Position numbers and translations under genes: made by a program | Shown here: in pieces, positions 20,635-29,610 of the stretch | How positions within the stretch are numbered: the stretch's first letter is position 1 | How the letters are laid out: the number at the start of each line of letters is the position of its first letter | Notes under the pieces: generated by a model | Database searches by the model: none | What the model saw: only the letters and a program-made list of their open reading frames with translations | What the model was told of the DNA's origin: nothing | Source of the DNA: Chlamydiia bacterium | Lineage (GTDB): Bacteria > Chlamydiota > Chlamydiia > Chlamydiales > JAAZZY01 | Reading direction: 5' to 3' | Assembly (NCBI GenBank): GCA_014239035.1 | Contig: JAAZZY010000001.1 | Location: forward strand, 1 to 52,648 | DNA length: 52,648 bases

Positions 20635-22425
20635 TTAGCTTCTTATACACTGCATGAGTGAAGAAGCTGCCACGATCCTCATAGACTGGGAAGGCTCATA
20701 GATCGCTTCCATTAAAAAGGGAATGGAGTCTTTGGCACCTATTTGTCCAACAATTGTGACAATCATTTCCTTAAGTCTGCGGTCTACTTGTGGATAGGCA
20801 TCATAGAGAATCTGTAAGGCCTTCTCTTCTTTTTTGAGCATAGCAACAAGTGCTGCTGCTTGTATGCGTTTATTCAGATCAGGATGATCAAAAAATGAGC
20901 AGATGAGGTCGAGCAGTTGAGCGCTTCCAGCTCTGATGAACTGCGGCATAGAGGCTAAAGCAGCATTGGAGTGATGGGTTTCTAAAAAATCAGAAATAGC
21001 ACCATATGCTCTGGGATCTTCTAAAACAGCTAGGAGATTTAAGAGGCAAAATTGAACCACTTCACTATGAACCATGCTGGGGACACCGCTGATTTGCTTT
21101 TCAAAATTATCAACGAGCTGCACTGGCCAGATTGTTTCCATAGGATAGGGCATACTAGCTTTAAACTGAGCTGTTTCGGGGTGCTGTAAAAAGTCAAAGA
21201 CTTGATCTTGCGCCTCTTTTACCCGAACTCGATGGACAAGCAGCTGCGCAGATAAGTTTAGCCTTACATATTTATCACTATGAGTTTGAAAAAATTCTTC
21301 TGCAAGATCTTGTGTATAAGGTAGTGAATAACCAATCAAAGATGCTGCTTGAAGCCTAATCTTTTGATTTGAGTGGTAAAGAAAATCTCGAAAGCAGTGT
21401 TTTTGATTTGAGCAATCACTGAGCATACAAACCCAACTAGCGAGCAGGGACAGTTCTTTATTTTCCCCTTCAATGATCGGCTGCATCAAGGCATCTACAG
21501 ACTCCCCATCAATCTGATTTATTCTTAGGTGACCAAGGCTTGTGAGCGCTTGAATTCTGACATCTAAGATAGGGTCATAGATCATAGCTTTGAGCAAGTC
21601 TAGATTCTCTTTAATTCCATAGTAAGCATAGGTATAGCATGCAATCAGCCGCTCAATGGCTTGCGAGCTTTGAGCAAGCTGCTCGAGCTCAGATCTCTCC
21701 ATAGAATCTTTTCCATCTAATAGAGCTAAGATTAAAGAGAGACGATCAAAATAAGAGAGGTTAGGATTTTTGAGCATCGATTCAGCAATGGGTTTGGCCT
21801 CTTCTCCTTTTACCCGAATAAGAACCTCTAGAGCTTTGCGTCTAACTGAGGGCATGCGTTCTCTCTCTAAGAGGTCAACAATTTCATCACATAAAACATC
21901 ATCTCCATGCGATAAGACAGCATTTAGCGCCATTTCTCTGACTGCAAAATTTGAATCATGAAAAGCTTCTTTTAAAGATTCAACACTGCTTGCATCGGTA
22001 AAGGCATCGGACACAGCATAGCGATACTGCTTAGAGAGGTATGGCTCTGAAAACTCTGCATAGTGAAGGACACCTTTAGCAACAAGCTCTAGAACCTGAT
22101 CTTCATACTTCTGATCTGGAAAATCTCTTGAAAATTGCTGCCATGCTCTGAGCAATTTTTTTTCAGATCCAATAGATGAGAGTGACTCGATATAGAGTTT
22201 ACGTAGATTAGATGAATATGGGAAACTTTCGATTGCTTGTGTTGAAAGACTTGCAGCTTCAGTATCATTTCTAATAAGTAGATGGTAACTAATTTTTTCT
22301 CTATAGAGCTTTTCTTTAGCCGAATCATACTCTTGATCAGAGTACAAGTTGGAGGCTACAAAAAAAACAAGGAGGAGTCTAACGCACGAGAGCAGAGATC
22401 TCTTTAAATTTTGAATGTTTAGCAT
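20635..22425 (-). CDS. Secreted HEAT/ARM-like repeat protein
   Basis: 596 aa with an N-terminal signal-like segment (LLSCVRLLLVFFVASNLYS). It has recurring HEAT-type units (NFAVREMALNAV, PSVRRKALEVL, DVRIQALTSLG, NQKIRLQAASLIG, LNKRIQAAALVA, SMRIVAASSL). Confidence 0.6.
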   Translation of the reverse strand: MLNIQNLKRSLLSCVRLLLVFFVASNLYSDQEYDSAKEKLYREKISYHLLIRNDTEAASLSTQAIESFPYSSNLRKLYIESLSSIGSEKKLLRAWQQFSRDFPDQKYEDQVLELVAKGVLHYAEFSEPYLSKQYRYAVSDAFTDASSVESLKEAFHDSNFAVREMALNAVLSHGDDVLCDEIVDLLERERMPSVRRKALEVLIRVKGEEAKPIAESMLKNPNLSYFDRLSLILALLDGKDSMERSELEQLAQSSQAIERLIACYTYAYYGIKENLDLLKAMIYDPILDVRIQALTSLGHLRINQIDGESVDALMQPIIEGENKELSLLASWVCMLSDCSNQKHCFRDFLYHSNQKIRLQAASLIGYSLPYTQDLAEEFFQTHSDKYVRLNLSAQLLVHRVRVKEAQDQVFDFLQHPETAQFKASMPYPMETIWPVQLVDNFEKQISGVPSMVHSEVVQFCLLNLLAVLEDPRAYGAISDFLETHHSNAALASMPQFIRAGSAQLLDLICSFFDHPDLNKRIQAAALVAMLKKEEKALQILYDAYPQVDRRLKEMIVTIVGQIGAKDSIPFLMEAIYEPSQSMRIVAASSLMQCIRS

Positions 22426-22921
22426 GGCCTAATAATTCAAATAATAGGGATTCTGTGCAAGTTATTCTAATATTTTTTTTGCACATCTCTTGAAGGGCTA
22501 TTTTTTTATGGTTAGGATCTCTAGAGGCTACACACTCATCTAAAACAATGACGTTCTTCCCCAACTCATTAAGATCAAATGCTGATTGCATAACACAAAT
22601 ATGAGACTCTATTCCAATTAATATCCAATAGTCTTTGTTTTGTGCCTCAATTGCTTTTGAAACCTCTGTGTCTTTTAGCGCTGAAAAAGAAGTCTTTTCA
22701 TACACTTGAGCATTAGAATTAAGAAGCTCTTTGAGCTCTGGCACTATAGAACCAAGGCCTTTTGGATATTGTTCTGTGACTATTAAGGGAAGATCTAAAA
22801 TATTAAAAGCATCGATTGCTAGCTTTAGATTTTTTTTAACCGCATCTGCTTGGTCCATATGCGGCAAGAGTTTTTCTTGCACATCAATAAATAATACTGC
22901 CACATTAGATTGATCTATCAA
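22379..22921 (-). CDS. Isochorismatase-family cysteine hydrolase
   Basis: 180 aa with VAVLFIDVQEKL, IGIESHICVMQSAFDL (nucleophile Cys context). TTG start at 22919-22921. Its 3' end overlaps the HEAT gene start by 47 nt. Confidence 0.8.
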   Translation of the reverse strand: MIDQSNVAVLFIDVQEKLLPHMDQADAVKKNLKLAIDAFNILDLPLIVTEQYPKGLGSIVPELKELLNSNAQVYEKTSFSALKDTEVSKAIEAQNKDYWILIGIESHICVMQSAFDLNELGKNVIVLDECVASRDPNHKKIALQEMCKKNIRITCTESLLFELLGHAKHSKFKEISALVR

Positions 22922-22923
22922 CT

Positions 22924-23259
22924 CTATGCTAGCCCGTCGTTAAGTCTTCTTCCACCCAGTAAATGGAAATGGAGATGGAAGACAGTTTGACCTGCTAGTG
23001 AGCCATTATTAGTGAGAAGACGGTAACCCTCTTGAATATCAAATTCCTTTGCAAGCTGCTGAGCAACTTTAATAACTTCTCCTAAAAGAGGCATATCTTC
23101 ACTTGGCAAGCTCTGCAGATTTTTGATTTCTTTTTTTGGCACGATTAAAAGGTGAATAGGTGCCTGGGGTGCAATATCTTTAAAAGCAATCACACTCTCA
23201 TTTTCAAAGACTTTGTCACAAGGCACTTTCCCATCTATAATATCTTTAAAGATAGTCAT
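22924..23259 (-). CDS. HIT-family (histidine triad) nucleotide hydrolase
   Basis: 111 aa with the histidine triad HLHFHLLGG. Confidence 0.92.
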   Translation of the reverse strand: MTIFKDIIDGKVPCDKVFENESVIAFKDIAPQAPIHLLIVPKKEIKNLQSLPSEDMPLLGEVIKVAQQLAKEFDIQEGYRLLTNNGSLAGQTVFHLHFHLLGGRRLNDGLA

Positions 23260-24128
23260 CCGTGTTTTTTTCCTCTTAAGGTGATCTGAAGAGCTTTGAG
23301 TGCATCTTCTTTAGTCTCCCAAACAGAGATAAAGCGTCCTTTATGACAAAAAATGGCCCCTTCTATACCAGAGACATTCCTGAGCTCTTGATCTAAAAGA
23401 CCTTCCCAGTCTTTCGGCAAAAGCTGACGCACTTTAATCTTCTCTTCTTGAGATGGGGGTATCCCCCTTAATTTCCAGTGAGAACCTGAGGGCATAACAA
23501 TAAATCTTGCTGGGTGATCCACTCCATTTAAATCAAAGAAACTCTCCATCCAAGGAATGCTGACATCAAACATTAAACATTCAGTATATTTTTTCATCGA
23601 TTCTTCGACAAGATGGCGACAAGAGATGTTGTATTTATATCTCATATGGAGTCTTTTAATATGACCGTATGTTAAATCGAGCGCATCAAAGAATGCCTGA
23701 TCCATCTCATCACTTGCGGCCCCATGTTCAATTGGCAAGAAATTAGAAATAATATTTGAAAAAGAGCAAAAACCTAGGGTTGTTGTTACGCGTCCATTAT
23801 CGAAGGCATCGACTCCACGCACTAGGCTGTTATTGAGTAAGTGATATTCTTTATCACTAATAACTTTTTGATTTTGCAGATATTTTAGGATCATTCCAGC
23901 GCTACTAAGCTCTCCTTGATAACTCACCTGATGATGATCAAATCGCTTGATCTTTTCATCATAGATCCCTCCGACATCACAGACATACTCACACTCTTTA
24001 AGGAGTTCAAGGTCTCTTGTGCGCACGATGGTATTTCTATCGATCAGTCCAAAAAGAAGCAGAAGAGCGCATGCTGTGACTTCGTCAGCATGGAAGGTTC
24101 CGTCGTGTGCTCCAAATGAATATTTCAT
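23256..24128 (-). CDS. MYG1/UPF0160-family metal-dependent phosphoesterase
   Basis: The N-terminus HDGTFHADEVTACALL and FDHHQ are typical of MYG1 (DHH-like). The ORF track begins at GTG 24137; ATG 24126-24128 (MKYSFGAHDG) is more likely. ATGA overlap with the HIT gene. Confidence 0.82.
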   Translation of the reverse strand: MKYSFGAHDGTFHADEVTACALLLLFGLIDRNTIVRTRDLELLKECEYVCDVGGIYDEKIKRFDHHQVSYQGELSSAGMILKYLQNQKVISDKEYHLLNNSLVRGVDAFDNGRVTTTLGFCSFSNIISNFLPIEHGAASDEMDQAFFDALDLTYGHIKRLHMRYKYNISCRHLVEESMKKYTECLMFDVSIPWMESFFDLNGVDHPARFIVMPSGSHWKLRGIPPSQEEKIKVRQLLPKDWEGLLDQELRNVSGIEGAIFCHKGRFISVWETKEDALKALQITLRGKKHG

Positions 24129-24233
24129 ACTTATCACTAAAAAAGTAATAATTTTATCCCTTGGAAATTAATTCACAACCTAATTTTTTCTATTTATCAT
24201 CTTTTCTAGGTAAATTCATGATGAAAATGGAGT

Positions 24234-25448
24234 TTAGAAGCCATATGAGATTCTGAAACCAAAATAGGAAAGCCTTTCATTAAAAAATTGACCATCTGGG
24301 GCAAAACCATTGTGCCATTCCATAAAAATCCTAAAACGACGTCCTGCACCTCGCAGTTTGCTCCATTCATACCCTGCAACGATAGTGGTGTCTAATGCCC
24401 AGTGGCGGGTCTCAGAGTTCATAAAATCTACAGCGACAAAGGCTTGACCGTACAACCTGTTATAGTGAACCACTTGCCTTAGAAAACGAAACTCCCCACC
24501 ATACTCTATATATAGAGGCTCCATGAAAAAGGTGTCATCTGTTCTAAAGATTCGCCCCATCCCCACGTAAGGTTTAATATTTTCTCTAAATAAATAAGCA
24601 ACAAAAAGGTCCACCCCTTCATAACTTGGGTTAAGGCGAACTAGATTGGGATTATTGACTAAAAGTTCATCTCCTAAGTGAGTAGAAACATGATAAACTC
24701 TTAATTGGCCTGACCAGTTTGCAATAGCCATAGTCACAGGTATCCCCAAAAGATAATCAGCATTTACAAACTCACTCCAGTCATTGCGCTCATTATGATC
24801 TATTCTAAAGAGAGCCCAAGAGGCTGCTTCTAAAGAAAATTGAAGCTTAGCATGTACTTTTCCCAAATCAATAAAACGGTATATCGGGAAAATATCTCCA
24901 AATGAAACAGCTACGGAATTTTTTCCTAGCATATCCGATGCTTCACCCCATTGCCATCTGTAGCTAATAGAGTTGAGCACTGCTCTAGGACTTGCGATAA
25001 GCGGGGGGAATAACACGGTGTTTTGAGGAAACCATATTCCTTTTACCCTAGGTTTTTTAGGCAAAGGCGGACAAACTACTTTTTTAGGTTCAGGAGGATC
25101 TATACCTTCTTTGATCTTCACACCCAGTATTCCTGGAGTTTTAGTAGCAATAGAGATAACTCCTGACCGAACTTCAACTTCTTTAGGAAGGCGGTAAAGG
25201 TATGCATAGCGATTATGAACAATGACTCGAACAGAGTAGCTTGGGTATGTATAATCCAACTTAGACTGGAGATACCCTTCAATATATTGGTCATTTAAAG
25301 TCAGACAATCTTGGTAGGAGTATTTGTCGCTAGCTTTCTCTGTAGCAATTCTTTTGCTGGGGTCTTCATCAGCTAAGATCTCCCCTGCCATGGAGATAAA
25401 AGCTACAAATATAATCCAAAGAAATATGTAATTATTTTTTGTAGACAC
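24234..25448 (-). CDS. Putative outer-membrane beta-barrel protein (DUF1207-like)
   Basis: 404 aa with a signal peptide and alternating beta-strand-like pattern. The C-terminus ...FGFRISYGF ends in an aromatic residue (OMP beta-signal). The family name is from memory. Confidence 0.45.
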   Translation of the reverse strand: MSTKNNYIFLWIIFVAFISMAGEILADEDPSKRIATEKASDKYSYQDCLTLNDQYIEGYLQSKLDYTYPSYSVRVIVHNRYAYLYRLPKEVEVRSGVISIATKTPGILGVKIKEGIDPPEPKKVVCPPLPKKPRVKGIWFPQNTVLFPPLIASPRAVLNSISYRWQWGEASDMLGKNSVAVSFGDIFPIYRFIDLGKVHAKLQFSLEAASWALFRIDHNERNDWSEFVNADYLLGIPVTMAIANWSGQLRVYHVSTHLGDELLVNNPNLVRLNPSYEGVDLFVAYLFRENIKPYVGMGRIFRTDDTFFMEPLYIEYGGEFRFLRQVVHYNRLYGQAFVAVDFMNSETRHWALDTTIVAGYEWSKLRGAGRRFRIFMEWHNGFAPDGQFFNERLSYFGFRISYGF

Positions 25449-25545
25449 AATTTATATTTTTTTTCTGACCTAAAAATTTCCCTTCTATTTTCTTTGGATT
25501 GAAAAGACAAGTAAAAAAGAACATTTTAGATACGAAGCTTGCGCT

Positions 25546-26805
25546 TTAAGGTAGAAGCGAATGCCGAGTCAATCCCCGAATCATCACCCAGATGGCAATA
25601 AATGAGAGCAGGATAAAGGCTGTAAAAACAATATATGAAGAATAATAAATATATAAAATAGTGCCTAACGCTGGAGCCATGCAGCCTCTTACGCCCACCA
25701 TCAAGACATTAATGCTGCTAAAAACAGCACTGCTTTCTTCTTTAGAAAAAATAGGACCTGATAAATTCCAACTTAAGTGACTTCCAGCTTGTGCTATCCC
25801 ATAGATGAAAAAAGCCACATATAAAAAGTTAACCTCAACAGACGCCAGGACTATAAAAATGGCAAACAAGATAAAGCAAATGATCACGTAAACCATAAAT
25901 TCATAAATAGGAAGAGAGTTGAGCTTTCGACTCCAGAATTTGGAGAATAAGACATACCCTATGCACATGCAAACAAGCCGAGCTGTTGCAAATTCACCGA
26001 GTGAGACGTTCAAGATATTAACGCAGTAGAACGGTAAGATAGCACTACTCATCATTAGCCCAAAGCCACAGAGAAAGAATCCAACCTGAAATCTGGTAAA
26101 ATCAGGCCTTTGAGACATAAGTCTGTAGGCCTCCTTCCAAGGGAGAGTAAACTTATCTTTGAACGAAAATTGATTATGTTTTGTTTTTTTTTGCCGAATT
26201 TTGTAGTCCATTGGAACTACTCTATTTTGAACAATCACAGATGTCATACCAATGACAGCGGCTATGGGGAAACAAAAGCGCCATGCCATTTCATCTTGTT
26301 TAAGCCAGGGAATAACCCAAAGGCAAATAAGCAATCCCTCAGCATATGCTAATGCAGATGCCAAAGAATAAATTCGACCACGATGAGGATTGGGGAGATT
26401 TTGCTTAATAACTTCCATCCATGCAGGGTTACTTGCACGATAGAAGAAAATATAGATGGCAGCACATGCAATGAACACCCAAGGGTTTGTCACCCAAGGA
26501 AAAAACAGAAAAGGCATCCTAGCTAAAATCCCTGACCAGATTAAGTTTGCACTAAGTTTTTGAGGATTATTGTGAATTGATGCGCTCCAGTAAAGGATAA
26601 GCAGTCCAAGGCTTGGGTTGAGCATTGTTAAAAGAGAAACTTGCACAGCAGAGCCGTTGAAGCTTTTACATAGGATAAAGCCAACCAGGCTAAAGATAAG
26701 AAGCAGGGGCTCACTGAGTAGTTTATTGGCAAGTACTGCAGATCTTGTCTTCATGCCAACCAAATCTAATTCAACTTGTATTTTTTCAGAAGGTCTTGTC
26801 GTCAT
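25546..26805 (-). CDS. MFS-type transporter
   Basis: 419 aa, about 12 TM helices, with a central basic loop (KIRQKKTKHNQF). Substrate is not inferable. Confidence 0.7.
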   Translation of the reverse strand: MTTRPSEKIQVELDLVGMKTRSAVLANKLLSEPLLLIFSLVGFILCKSFNGSAVQVSLLTMLNPSLGLLILYWSASIHNNPQKLSANLIWSGILARMPFLFFPWVTNPWVFIACAAIYIFFYRASNPAWMEVIKQNLPNPHRGRIYSLASALAYAEGLLICLWVIPWLKQDEMAWRFCFPIAAVIGMTSVIVQNRVVPMDYKIRQKKTKHNQFSFKDKFTLPWKEAYRLMSQRPDFTRFQVGFFLCGFGLMMSSAILPFYCVNILNVSLGEFATARLVCMCIGYVLFSKFWSRKLNSLPIYEFMVYVIICFILFAIFIVLASVEVNFLYVAFFIYGIAQAGSHLSWNLSGPIFSKEESSAVFSSINVLMVGVRGCMAPALGTILYIYYSSYIVFTAFILLSFIAIWVMIRGLTRHSLLP

Positions 26806-26864
26806 TACAATAAAGAGCTTGATTTATCTCGTTTAAATGGTTATCTTACTCATCTTTTTTAATT

Positions 26865-26938
26865 GGGGCAATAGCTCAGTCGGTTAGAGCAACGGACTCA
26901 TAACCCGTCGGTCGCTGGTTCAAGTCCAGCTTGCCCCA
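26865..26938 (+). tRNA. tRNA with CAT anticodon (elongator tRNA-Met, or tRNA-Ile2 if lysidinylated)
   Basis: Hand-folded 74-nt cloverleaf: acceptor GGGGCAA/TTGCCCC (the G1-C72 pair argues against an initiator), D arm GCTC-AGTCGGTTA-GAGC, anticodon loop CTCATAA, T arm GCTGG-TTCAAGT-CCAGC. There is an A31-C39 mismatch in the anticodon stem. Confidence 0.9.
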
Positions 26939-27074
26939 TTAATAGTCGAATATGATAGCGATCTTACACATTAAACTAAAGAAGGGTTTTTACAAATAAA
27001 CCTCTAGAGTTCTAGGACTTTTTAGAAATAAAATAGTTTTTAAAGGTAGGATTTTGAAAAGAAATATTTAGAAT

Positions 27075-27347
27075 CTAATTATAGAACTTCTTTTTCTTCT
27101 TTTTGCGATTGAAGAACCACCCGTTCTTTTCTTCTTCTTCTTCAGCTTCAATCTCGCGGGTAGCATTTTTGGCCATGTCGACAAAAGTGTCGGGGAAAAG
27201 GTCTTTAGAATCATCATGAGAGCCTTCTGCACCAATTGAGGCAGATTCGTTATCTCGAATGGAATAGACTAAAGCGGTATCCTCCTCTACTTTAGAGGCA
27301 CCCTCCCAACCTTCTCCGATTCTGACAACTTGGCTTGTAAAACTCAT
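27075..27347 (-). CDS. Hypothetical small acidic protein with a poly-E / poly-K tail
   Basis: 90-aa ORF with no recognisable motif. The C-terminus is EAEEEEEKNGWFFNRKKKKKKFYN. Confidence 0.4.
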   Translation of the reverse strand: MSFTSQVVRIGEGWEGASKVEEDTALVYSIRDNESASIGAEGSHDDSKDLFPDTFVDMAKNATREIEAEEEEEKNGWFFNRKKKKKKFYN

Positions 27348-27491
27348 AAAACCTTTGTGTGTAATGATTTAACCTACATTCATTATAGCACAAAAAGCTT
27401 AAATTGTCAAGTAATTTATTAAACTCATCCAACTTACAGACAAAAACTTACACAAAACCTCCTTTCAAGAACTCCTCATAACCTACTAATG

Positions 27492-28886
27492 TTAATTATA
27501 TTGGATCAAAAACAGAGAGATCGCTAGAATTACGAGGGTTGGGAAGAGAGCCGATATGAAGAGGTTAAAAGGAGCTACACCGTCTTCAAAGTGATCTTTA
27601 AGCAAAAACTGCCCGGCCGGGTTTGGGGCGTTGGCGATGACGGTTAATCCACCTCCAGCAACAGCTCCACTCATAACCGCATATTTGAGAGTTGGAGATA
27701 AATCAGAGATCAAGGAACTTAAATAGGTAATGAGGGCATTATCATTAAAGCTGGTCAGACCAGCCGATACAAACATTAGAGGCCCTGGAGCAAGCTTTGT
27801 GATCACTGGCTCAATCCACCATCCTTGTAGACTCCCATGAATAACAAGTCCTGCCAAGAAGGTTCCTACTAAGATAGGACCTCTAAGCGCTAACTCATCC
27901 TGATGAGGGGCCGTAGCCTTTTGAAAGGCGATGAACAAGAAAAGTAATCCGATCAAGATAACGGGATAATGCACAAAAAAGACGACCGCAGCAAGGAAGA
28001 TTATATGAATACTCGTGATCCAGATAGGGGTTGTCTCTGTATCAGCAGCACTAGATCCTGCATCTGATTTTAAAGACCTAAGTTCTTTGAAAAAGTAGGC
28101 AAAATAGACTAGATTTGAGATCATAATAGCTATGACAGATTTGATGCCGAAATGTATAAACATGTAGCTGTTAGTCCAGGCCCACTTTTTAGCAACCATT
28201 AAAACAGGAGGGGCAGCGAAGTTTGTGAGTACACCCCCAATAGAAATATTTACAAATAATAGACCAAGCGTTGCGTATGCCAGCTTCCTAGAAGGACCTT
28301 TTTCATAAAATTGCTTCTTCAATAAAAGAGCACCTAAGGTCATAGCTCCGGGCTCAGTAATAAATGAACCAAGAATTGGGCAAAGAGTCAAGAGCACCAG
28401 CCACCAAGCGGCAACACTGCCTCCGAGAAGATTAGCAACCTTTTCCAAGCACCATCCTGCAAATTTCAATACAGGTTTAGTCGATGCTAAAATCATGATT
28501 ACCACTACAAAGAGTGGCTCATCAAAACGAATACCGCTCAAGTAGTTTACAGCTACTTGCCAGCTATTAAAAATAGAAATTACAATGAGAAGTGGGATGA
28601 CCCAAATAGCAAAAACCACTTCAACTTCACCAAAAAAGTGTAAACTTTCTATTATAAAAGAATGTTCGTGCTTTCCTTCGGGATGCTTTTTTGCGCGTTT
28701 ATCAGCAAGCTTATTGGCAAATTGGGTGATTTGGTGGGCTAAAAGGGTGTGAATTATCGCTAAACCAAAGATTATCAATGAGTAAAGAAGAACAGGACTT
28801 TGGGAGATATTAGCTTTCAAAACAGCGCCTAAGGAGGCATCGGAGCTCAAAAGAGCAGCATTTGGAGGAAATGGGGGGGGCGTCAT
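27492..28886 (-). CDS. Polytopic membrane transporter (possibly DUF1504-type putative Na+/H+ antiporter)
   Basis: 464 aa, at least 11 TM helices, with GGLTVIANAPNPAG near the C-terminus. The family guess is from memory only. Confidence 0.45.
   Translation of the reverse strand: MTPPPFPPNAALLSSDASLGAVLKANISQSPVLLYSLIIFGLAIIHTLLAHQITQFANKLADKRAKKHPEGKHEHSFIIESLHFFGEVEVVFAIWVIPLLIVISIFNSWQVAVNYLSGIRFDEPLFVVVIMILASTKPVLKFAGWCLEKVANLLGGSVAAWWLVLLTLCPILGSFITEPGAMTLGALLLKKQFYEKGPSRKLAYATLGLLFVNISIGGVLTNFAAPPVLMVAKKWAWTNSYMFIHFGIKSVIAIMISNLVYFAYFFKELRSLKSDAGSSAADTETTPIWITSIHIIFLAAVVFFVHYPVILIGLLFLFIAFQKATAPHQDELALRGPILVGTFLAGLVIHGSLQGWWIEPVITKLAPGPLMFVSAGLTSFNDNALITYLSSLISDLSPTLKYAVMSGAVAGGGLTVIANAPNPAGQFLLKDHFEDGVAPFNLFISALFPTLVILAISLFLIQYN
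28873..28880 (-). repeat. C8 homopolymer (G8 on the plus strand) in codons 3-5 of the transporter gene
   Basis: ATG ACG CCC CCC CCA TTT. The run length is confirmed by the ORF-track translation MTPPPF. Confidence 0.9.
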
Positions 28887-28903
28887 AATTATGATCTCAA
28901 TAA

Positions 28904-28932
28904 TTGATTTTAACCTTAAAATTTGGTATATT
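28904..28932 (+). promoter_or_regulatory. Candidate promoter TTGATT-N17-TATATT upstream of the O-methyltransferase gene
   Basis: -35 TTGATT (28904-28909), a 17-nt spacer and -10 TATATT (28927-28932), about 32 nt before ATG 28965. AT-rich background, so this is tentative. Confidence 0.3.
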
Positions 28933-28964
28933 AAGACATTAATAGAAAAAAACGAAACTCTTTT

Positions 28965-29591
28965 ATGCTTATAAGATCTTTAAAAGAATATTTAGAATCA
29001 CATGAGACCCCTTTATCAAGCGCTTTGTCTAAAATTCAACAGAGGACACAAGATGAGTTTGAAGGATCACATATGCTTTGCGGCTCACAAATAGCGACTT
29101 TCCTCTCGATGATAGTGAAAATAACTGCTGCCAAACACGTCATCGATATCGGAACATATGTCGGCTTTTCGGCACTAGCTATGGCTGAGGCTATTGAAGA
29201 TGACGGGCATATTATTAGCTGCGAGCGTGATCAAAGGTACTTTGAAGCAGCACAAAAAAATATTGAGGAGCATCCAGATGGTCATAAGGTTCAACTTTTT
29301 TATGGAGAGGCCAAAGACTGTATTGACCAATTAGACAAGCCCTTAGATTTATCATTCCTAGATGCGGATAAAACGCCCTATCTAGACTATTACCAGCAGC
29401 TGGTTGAAAAAACAAGACCCGGAGGAGTCATTGTGATTGATGATGCGCTTTGGAAGGGAATGGTTGCGGAACCCAATACACCAAGATTACACCTCATGGA
29501 TCAATTTAATGACTATGTCCAAAATGATTCAAGAGTTGAAAATTTACTGATCCCCCTCAGACATGGGATTAATTTAATTTATAAATTATAA
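28965..29591 (+). CDS. Class I SAM-dependent O-methyltransferase (caffeoyl-CoA OMT / family 3 type)
   Basis: 208 aa with VIDIGTYVGFSALAMAEA (motif I), FLDADKTPYLDYY and VIVIDDALWKG, which are typical of family-3 O-methyltransferases. Confidence 0.85.
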   Translation: MLIRSLKEYLESHETPLSSALSKIQQRTQDEFEGSHMLCGSQIATFLSMIVKITAAKHVIDIGTYVGFSALAMAEAIEDDGHIISCERDQRYFEAAQKNIEEHPDGHKVQLFYGEAKDCIDQLDKPLDLSFLDADKTPYLDYYQQLVEKTRPGGVIVIDDALWKGMVAEPNTPRLHLMDQFNDYVQNDSRVENLLIPLRHGINLIYKL

Positions 29592-29610
29592 CTTAACAAA
29601 GAGATTTATC

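Noticed and set aside
26865-27491. tRNA-Met(CAT) flank considered as a genomic-island insertion point
   Set aside because: There is no integrase or recombinase, no direct repeat of the tRNA 3' end that I could find, and no evident compositional change. Only a small orphan ORF follows.
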